From Candidatus Omnitrophota bacterium (GTDB taxonomy: Bacteria; Omnitrophota; Gorgyraeia; B26-G9), in the NCBI GenBank assembly GCA_043814605.1, contig JBDRJV010000016.1, positions 16,218 to 80,217 of the forward strand: DNA of 64,000 bases, read 5' to 3'. The stretch's first letter is position 1. The number at the start of each line of letters is the position of its first letter. Under the pieces are notes generated by a model. It searched no databases, was not told the DNA's origin, and saw only the letters and a list, made by a program, of their open reading frames with translations. Positions 61,001-64,000 of this stretch are shown in pieces. A program made the translations under genes and the position numbers.

Positions 61001-64000
61001 GCTGACAGAGTATCTTGTAGAATTCTGTTTTCCAAATTCTGGGGCTTTGATGAACGGTAATGCCTATACCCAGACTGAGTCTGTAGCTAAGCACCAAATG
61101 GTTTCTCAGGATGTGGTGCTGGGAAAAGCCGGCATAGAAACTGTGGATGATTTAAATGCTTATTTATCTAGTCGTAGTCAGGATGGACTAACCGCTACTA
61201 GTGGCGAATATAAGTCTCCATTACAACAGACAACAAATGAAGAACAAACAAATCTTGAATCTGCTTTTCAGGAATTAAATCAATATATTAATGAAAGAAA
61301 AGAAAGTGGTATAGGGTCAATGTCGTTAAAAGAATTTTTTGCTAAGCATAATTTGACAGCTGACCAGATCGATATTGTCTTGAGTGAATTATCTGGAGGA
61401 GAAGGGATCTCTTTGGGAAGTATTAGTGAGTATAGGGATACTGAAATAGAGACTTTGTCTGCTTCTGTTGGGGTAAGATACAATATTCCATTTGCAGTTA
61501 CTAAAAATACACTTACAGAGATTGCCAAAGGCACTGGCCAGAGTGTTGAAAATATTATTAAAAAATTGAATTTAGAAAATAATCAAAATGTAACTGGTCA
61601 AACTAAGCTTTCTGAGCTGGCGACACTAACCGGCCAGGATATTGAGGAAGTTACAGAAACAATCGGTGTATCTATTGCCTATGCAAGTATTACTGATTCC
61701 ACAGAGCTTAGCAGTATTGCTCAAGAGTTAGGTAAAAAAGAAGAGGAAGTAGTTAAAGAACTAGATCAACAACTAAAAACACAAGATATGCAACATATAT
61801 CAACAAGTAATATCTCAAACTCAGCTACTTTACAAAGCTTAGCGCAGTTATATGGGGTCAGTTCGGCAGAGATTACGGATACTCTTGGCCTAAAATATAA
61901 TCCGACTGTATTAGTAGATAGAATGTCTATAGCTCAAATAGCGCAAAAATTAGGCTGGGATTTAAATAATTTCGAAACAGAATTTGAATTAGGAGAGATT
62001 ACTATTGACCAAATAGCCCAAGTGACCGAACAAGAAGTTCAGGTGCTTATTCAACCACTAAACAAAGATAATAATATAACCGGTCAAACAAAAATCAGCG
62101 AGATTACAGGTAAAAGTATAATTGATACTTTAGATTTCTTAGGAGTAAATCTAAATACCTTAGCGCAAATAAAGGGATTTAGCAGTACGGAAGAGTTTGT
62201 CTCGCAAGAGTTAAATGCTGATTACAGCAAATTACGCACGGTTGAGGTTAATATTGATCAGCAGGATGGCGCGATTAGCCTGAATAATTTTAATAATGTA
62301 AACTTCAAAATAGACAGGACTGCAGAAAGCGATCAAGGCCTTACTTTAATCACGCCGAATTATTCCTCAAGATGGCTGAAGCTTTTTCATTCTCTTGATT
62401 CTCTTGTGGGAGGTAATTTTACAAAGAATTATTTATTCAAGGTCACTATTAATAATATTGATTCACAGGAAAATCAGCAAGCATATTATTTTAACAGCGC
62501 AAATAATCTAAAAATTAAAAAACTTGCAAATGTCAACGCTAATGATAGAAACAGCCAAGAAAGTCCGGCTTATGTACTGGCTGCGTATAAAGGCAATGCT
62601 AATGTGCGCACAATCCAGGTTTCTCATCAGCCAAAACCTGAAGTGTTAAGTGAGGTAGAAAATCTGGCTGCGGATGATATTTTTGAGCAATTAGCAGGAG
62701 CTTTAAATTTAGATAATGTTTCGGGCACTAATATATCAAGATTATTGGATAAAAATGGGATTGTACCGGATTTTTATACACCCGGTGATATTATTTCCAG
62801 TAATTCTGCAATAGGTTTTAGTTTTGTGATAAATACTATGAGTGATAATTACACAAAACTAAATGAAAATCAAAAACAACAACTAAAAGAGTTTGTCGAT
62901 AAACTAAATGTTGTCATTTCCTCTTTTGTCGCGGTTAAAACAGTGCAAGACATTGATATTTTGGTAAAGGAAATTAATGCTAACATTAAAAATAGTCAAA
63001 TTAGTACTGCGGATTTAACAATAATCTTATCAAAATCAGGACTGGTTACGGTAGAAGGAGATAAGCTGGATGCGTTAGTCAATAAAATATTAGAGCCTCT
63101 CAATAAATCTTTAAGTGATCATAATGGAAAACTTGACCGAGAGTCTTTACATCAAGTGCTTAGAAATGCCAATGCTCTGGGTGAAGACGGAGTAGAATTT
63201 TTAGGTTTTAGAGAAGATAAAGCAGAAGCTTTCATGAGTTTTATTAATGACCCGACCTTAGGCCATGAAATTAAAACTGGTGCGGGAAAGACCGAATATC
63301 TGATCCATTTAAATGCCCTGGCAGGTTTAATTTGCGGGCGAGAAAGAAGCGTAGTAGTTCTTTCTGATTCAGGAAAGTTAAATGAGGCCTATAACACAAA
63401 TGACCGAAGCAAAGAGCTTTATAATAGTCTGTTAGGTGAGGATTCTGTGGTAGTGATTGATAGTACTACAGAGCGAAACCAAAAAACTAAAGAAACTGTT
63501 GAGAAGATTAATAATCCTAAGACCAGGGTAATTTTTACAGAAAGTTCTGTGCTGGGATTTTTAACTGATTCTAGCCGAAATGGCAAACCCGAGCAAAAAG
63601 AATTGTTTAAATTATTAACTGAAAATATCCAGCTGGTACAGGATGAAATCCATACCATGCGTGGTCAAAATTATATTCGCAGCCATGGCAATGGCAATGA
63701 TAAGCCATTAACCCAATCACAAATAAAAGCAACCCAAACCCTGCGTGATTTTATAATAGCAAATAAAGACTCTCTTGGCGGAATTATAAATGAAAAGGAA
63801 TACATTGATTTAAGTGCATTGGTTTTAACTACTGACTCCGCAGGAGCGCAAGCTGCGCCTGTTTTTAATGACAAGTTTTTTGAAAGCTTGGCAGCTTATT
63901 TGACTAAAATTGAATTTCTGGGTGAGGGTAAAACAATAAAAACAGATATGTTAAATGGCTCTGATTATTTAAGTTCCCCAGAGTTAAAAGAGATCCGTTG
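46077..64000 (+). CDS. Giant multidomain secreted/membrane protein (at least 5,974 aa, 3'-truncated) with C39-like peptidase, TM blocks, repeats and a SecA-like ATPase domain
   Basis: ATG 46077 after an AGGGGG RBS. The frame was spot-checked open at about 46.1, 47.2-47.7, 54.5, 60.0, 61.5, 63.2-63.7 kb and at the last line (SDYLSSPELKEIR). No closed ORF in this frame appears in the track, consistent with no internal stop. Confidence 0.93.
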   Translation, partial: MSSLTGKLWFKITAFIVLETFLFTIADISWAADYRDQKTQAERLMDLQPLKDTRENLSQDALGDKIVLTQPAVPFLGIEHPQGMLTQKPMSLTETTIYGLTIAGNDLTTIFKSLKNSGSSVTDAGFSAVRQGFNKKEIYHALLKAGYDEKEVKTLLGSLLKAEEEKKKQAEENQEKKTSPPEEKEQVQGQTPLVKEQAIFEIPKVATLPVKEKAVEIINDSQKQFALHRQTVEFVRLMIKEGKRGKELINILKKAGLSNERIITTLAQLGFSLQNIISILKQADLNCEDIVKAVQSSQLTYSNKDIYTALIQSGYSDKDIISAFKDAGMSAEDILKLTTDLGRNMIIIAQAMLNAGFSMADVARAYVLKAMQWSYDLSVNIVNCAVESFSAFLNNIGRKFSSKEDLAYELILDDILATGEVDLQGKNIMTSMLAIKNIATKYGIDLQGYKLTIDSLQELSGMSILHLDADHWVSLVGIEGDKATIIDNGTRKTITLSELQVRWDGNILALNKDKIKEHKLYDLQMRQIRGASWLSDAWEDATNWVKDAVEGVGDFFVDVYNGVNDFVQGVNNLIVSFYYTACGNQQKADYYWNKGMQLIDQVVLKIIKAIPNNGIQHVLESVWSGIRMYVQGVGNVIKGSIMMLRGDFKEGFYLMTAGFTQMAVSGLVALYKVCGEDGGRFIGRFIQWVVRIVAAILTFIFTKILGWTVVGMIVGMIIAFIATMIICMVDYDFVQYVSTADAAGISKVMGKVLAAACISAAVAAVGFFVGYALDGLFSSTGSELATTTNTGTTTTASSVTSQVGTGLSIGTTSMVSTTAQAFSTIATNLATIGTSLATAAYNLGVSLYLAVISFSITNIIGSLLMFVDAFIEFVIAVKDSFKGFFSEFSKNVSADISQNCANSGVTVNQEVLKEALDSGLKNMLVQQAVMTGVVYGCEAAGIDDPYLKAVIVGVAGALAGSYGGPGGWEETFKEMAVAAGSMVAEESIRQMGYHENWDPLLTNSLASITGFTVQAGFGAALGADYSIQDDPDTKKIETAYNNTNPFFTRLGHNLRAGLGNVVGDIASDYVARICQENEVDPTITAVLSSWAGTFTTSSVDYMTGQTDLGYLNTLGKAAEQGTYDAVSIVTFMETKKLLMNELDFTETQATGMAYGMTLPMRFMFSHNKVAEENKDGYIGGEFKDGKVSYEGITIKDEFIREQVGEFFESLGYGSKLSGNTYERHDYNSNYSNKVSSFEYMLFGQGLTQDLEGNFYSNDGSISNYGTLNKNKLEYLNYWAEKNPEIFGEKFDSNTDVEKTTDTNTDTKASNLSYGDALFTTVSDAQLSYYNKKGMTNISQGLSDASAHYKYQNKIDRLNKMEGVDVKLGEEYGTKIVVTNNSGQATEELSSELNKNVGEGDSAFYDSADAFINNNPLVITKAEGTNFSTELSNGMEVKFNSSDNVFEGQGVITTPVNSTNINQLCPSLNVNANLLNANQYNNYSLVAQVTVDLKSKTIIQTTDMKLTATATSTKNVILPVNIGNHTAYIGVETNVNFSNQDLVLKSDSQLKNDYQPTNDNIKATNTSEKAADVIVKYDAENKVTLSVNNMGQIGISKETIKNFNDSKQLVSDVIDLPNGCDTTKTEFELVYNTTEGLQLTAVENIAAGKKINYDGEDAFITSSSAQLIYNESGTITSIKGEDTRSNRSGKDVTGVEIKTSKGNILLENKNQISFANEKSGFLSGLSSYFGIGGGNEFVIENGNVLMLTKYNLGQKTEYEIIRNGQEGGTSQETRELNEIIIGEDKASGNLFIAEGCVVNMVKNDVAFTNNDVIHNQAGRAINVGGLQIKQGENTAIHNNQAFKCIEVTKPVAEARGDLKYLLVVNNLKSKESYDFQVENNNVNLPLGDIDSNDIYLTQNGSLSFLTDKAFQGSETKNLDLNAKTTTFNLNPTEIKGQVEIDFTQIGLKGKTEGKGLLIGDKYVTGATQLSGTGSGTIDETNTIIINVDKQNNESYYKGGEVVLSENGLVYKPGDKLEITGLDKGNTYDPGQGQYTGAYVSTGNVKIINDGTYNVNQNYVTSENQNSQIIFTLTNANDQKIDCLMSLNQPIGEAKAGQQQQYTFNFAKEHEGLSLNSASGRKYTITLDESKYIPLSQSVACTGQIETVEINGNSRLTINQQGNEVTADKIILTGSKSTIDAGAQIGKQTEDKVEIIAGDLHIDASDKRFVGTDTVATSKIDPSLQDKKDQETPKTITFSKDNKQATIHYTGNCEYYLTGDVSFNKEGLYLDNGTIFKVAGSENITGFNNAVTVCDTKVIEGKFLINNNTLVALDSSCLTVDDRAQSVNGSENLFTVSYKVELTEKEGISTVKSIEKNYMFNRENINSQIIFDQDLGIIGKVVENKKGEISLSINTAGGKEVLTNKYVDVSVKETTHGTGKIVTLTDSKNSIIATAGKIQTSDGKNLTMWSTQNATTYLLEGKSLAQGQQISIGKFDYTAGKDLAPMRIETMSFTTKNSTAFNFQGNKLNLSGNVNLHINAFEQQLGISGTDKRGKLTGIEFTKANNEQFLLVNGAQAQIVKIDENKYELIVTSGTAYAITDNTIGKKTDFKTDKQLGKDGGKTTGLNEIVIIDKPNGDIAIEKGSQYTVARNNETGQTEVVFKENDKIINNSKQKITINGFTVAEGKTAAIKFDHVYIQGNTYSFQGKDYTLTNFNDFDLIWTDTRNIQGTISEANLHADKNAVNFIFKTDKATYEVKSGKEVGLKGNAYYHINDIDVWATGIEDKFIKDENGNTGWKFEKLVNGSTYKTKVNGVEVVFIVKDNKLMASNGREIGPQNLGKNKNYKDSEGITHDDVDIYVTQALANGQFVLGTDKQGANAWGQVQAGVSEGVSDLTIQGNTHASITSEQVTRKDGTQQTVNIYSTAADGNFKIVFTADKDLNNTVIKDNLKGSHLDVLGEAVINGKTVLDGAAIDYVEKNGNIVPEFSQGSRILEHDFGSGQQIISVYQGKDIKGNDLGWKWHADSSLVDKEWNNNIYIDGKANPVTCKLSATETGFEVLIKNGQGVNLGRSENFVDSQGIKHKDVDIWVTQKLPNGEYVFMVKDKGKNDWQQEQLDLKGGSQESIHGSTYAKVTDQEINGKTIRNYSEKSNGQFQLIFTADNQLKNMGIKDNLDGSSLEVVNAKIGDKFIVKGGVNFIRDKQGNVQANFDNGTVFLNADGTQGVVTEGEIPAPKAPEKSYLDNLQERFGPEVKGASLKSDSWQQINSEKTGLFGEYKYDSKTDTYTFKGTYIVSESIEIWQAELNFTSDFQMKSASGRVFANVENAKINIAGDNFVIKTDQAVSGMIEIGKYTNQGTIILDPYSDLQLYNQVKNNQVFIFGNEQGKNAEFFINKEKNLVLWNGVIDESNGSFSYSSTDQTQTKTKTQEQKPQQQQKQIQTGVITDIKISGNEKNGYNYSGIVEVRQGEKQILNCEGARLIVEKSGFQFGNIDYDYNSLLIGDKSGNLVAQDGSSGTKHLSFEGSDKKVDVNFTMANGGMNITNISGDTHIDSQVKTDCGEISYEYDLVVVKNQLISINHTTSWIENNQEPVIINEKNAKTVTFEDQGRDYSFEKKGDIYVPYAEVKTTNSINSLVLGKDAESSITIQLTPTKELTCVYDLQGNYTTKAGQDTLEGQKGTVFNYVYNNETKEVFVPDGTIFTADVENSGVVITGKLNILKEGHFNLNIGKDQVHIMPSLGGTDKTTTDDRANKIKVNVDVQNMLYAEEGWISLYQGNFLPGENDCLVNNSASSITLLTPGQDSKPVVVKTGQEAIIKNNQAYIIGSQVTAEKNYIDKNNRIWVEGTYDISAEGKFVVVDGYFMQQDYQAKDGTMFRLKDDQFLTGYSDNTGQICYDQGQDVVASNVLTDQQNNQLSLFTNLKTDQDGMLTEQNYYKLDNQLLETGQKFIFDEKPYVMQEHNGEVMPLFKSNKNFTNDNPLIYYKNGNKIELVGETTLLYNIKDQMVGIEGQTLIKGENGKISGTLFTTNDDSQSQFIIENNNKVTLKDGQLNIGFAHLYAVDNYNTYQKETLDLISNASLGNLKSDTKENHIYLTSDADKNIIIEKGSKFTVQDNNFVITNNDVIYTDKNLWVTILVGSGAAQEKIDLGPNSGGMVKDGKFYEAGDRFATNNKNIQGKVAINATTNKIELVYEVVGVENSGDIKGNGKILKMNDDYVISIQKTDEGDTEKRLYEVVTSPNGQKSLKQVDQISVQQEYSVDFGQRTLIESTTVSVDEKDIEIETDYKLMGHKLAVGESVDVRAISFQQDQDPEFIYNGRKYVLTKLENGKFTPESYDVYEANSEFIQGLVVLDSKGRQGQIDPERNKKVTVMFNLQGEAVALIGDGFTRDERGEKYYGVVLTAEHGDLLIKNGKNSISIKDNTLTLIQADAITMTLWDSGREITQVKDSDPGLGKSEAPKENKISVTKSQGIVFVNLKQNITLFNNDWFLTAGDVLVNNSPQAEQIHILSADGRTMYSVEHGQEAAVENGGIKLTKGINAIDLNNANIVQLDKNGQPTKTITNPGEDTSWVNGNYLVATKGENGNFEFTSATGEKLGWNMASLYNVQADKNIVEVSYLGKKISLDSTQFTNENDGESFGSSYWANEYGVNDTVLLEQSDSFSTSLNTFWQTNKAAIGEAALVIGIGLAAAAAIVVLPASVYITAATYGSVLGVMALTVSLSTDSYMELGNILANAEDTNSTENLFWGRVLFETASAFRTVAGNLGVGGQVHGESNIETPIIGGVNAGHVIAAATIICMVYTAGGLGFIKALKGPLVSLSNINLGLVGEQMFTLGKNLIGKGLNGKETLVKSWTGLLKSFGAIKGLHVGLWTAGHMANMLPDHNPASELYQLVLSPFAMGAEFTPEGLWTTVKGGENWDDIIMTNLHLAGFAGLMYFSGPILELLASSRIGNFSGQFLEVSFGEGAAARLSSRMINGLIEEGVKEQALGVILRPIFGNQLTEYLVEFCFPNSGALMNGNAYTQTESVAKHQMVSQDVVLGKAGIETVDDLNAYLSSRSQDGLTATSGEYKSPLQQTTNEEQTNLESAFQELNQYINERKESGIGSMSLKEFFAKHNLTADQIDIVLSELSGGEGISLGSISEYRDTEIETLSASVGVRYNIPFAVTKNTLTEIAKGTGQSVENIIKKLNLENNQNVTGQTKLSELATLTGQDIEEVTETIGVSIAYASITDSTELSSIAQELGKKEEEVVKELDQQLKTQDMQHISTSNISNSATLQSLAQLYGVSSAEITDTLGLKYNPTVLVDRMSIAQIAQKLGWDLNNFETEFELGEITIDQIAQVTEQEVQVLIQPLNKDNNITGQTKISEITGKSIIDTLDFLGVNLNTLAQIKGFSSTEEFVSQELNADYSKLRTVEVNIDQQDGAISLNNFNNVNFKIDRTAESDQGLTLITPNYSSRWLKLFHSLDSLVGGNFTKNYLFKVTINNIDSQENQQAYYFNSANNLKIKKLANVNANDRNSQESPAYVLAAYKGNANVRTIQVSHQPKPEVLSEVENLAADDIFEQLAGALNLDNVSGTNISRLLDKNGIVPDFYTPGDIISSNSAIGFSFVINTMSDNYTKLNENQKQQLKEFVDKLNVVISSFVAVKTVQDIDILVKEINANIKNSQISTADLTIILSKSGLVTVEGDKLDALVNKILEPLNKSLSDHNGKLDRESLHQVLRNANALGEDGVEFLGFREDKAEAFMSFINDPTLGHEIKTGAGKTEYLIHLNALAGLICGRERSVVVLSDSGKLNEAYNTNDRSKELYNSLLGEDSVVVIDSTTERNQKTKETVEKINNPKTRVIFTESSVLGFLTDSSRNGKPEQKELFKLLTENIQLVQDEIHTMRGQNYIRSHGNGNDKPLTQSQIKATQTLRDFIIANKDSLGGIINEKEYIDLSALVLTTDSAGAQAAPVFNDKFFESLAAYLTKIEFLGEGKTIKTDMLNGSDYLSSPELKEIR

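Noticed and set aside
46144-63874. Many 60-173 aa ORFs (mostly minus strand) in the last 18 kb
   Set aside because: They are antisense or alternative-frame shadows of the giant ORF.
46077-64000. Alternative genetic code or non-coding desert explaining the empty ORF track
   Set aside because: The standard code gives an open frame, and TGA, TAA and TAG all act as normal stops in housekeeping genes of this window.

Overview
AT-rich bacterial chromosomal window from a diderm (Lol, Mla and SurA-like genes). It is plausibly Ca. Omnitrophota or a relative; this is an inference from gene content and the giant gene, not a database result. Positions 1-44,000 are mostly housekeeping: pckG, purC, maf, SurA-like chaperone, rsmI, purN, PGM/PMM, eno, divIC, tilS, lysS, lolCE/D, ilvE, mcsA-mcsB-clpC, mlaEFD, radA, PIN-TRAM, ispDF, cysE, cysS and a ROK regulator. 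This part also holds three tRNAs (Val-TAC, fMet, Met/CAT), a +1-frameshifted membrane pyrophosphatase and a small accessory island after tRNA-Met. Two tRNAs are flanked by partial copies of themselves interrupted by hairpin insertions. The standout is 44,021-64,000: a sigma70 promoter, then a c-di-GMP-I (GEMM) riboswitch with several inserted hairpins, a secreted 164-aa protein, a PilZ protein, a secreted 240-aa helical-repeat protein, and a giant ORF. The giant ORF is missing from the supplied track because it runs off the window edge (46077 to >64000, at least 5,974 aa). It carries a signal peptide, helical repeats, a C39-like cysteine peptidase immediately followed by its own double-glycine-type (GA) cleavage motif, two multi-TM blocks, a long beta-rich region with an internal duplication, LysM/HTH-like repeats and a SecA-like ATPase domain.
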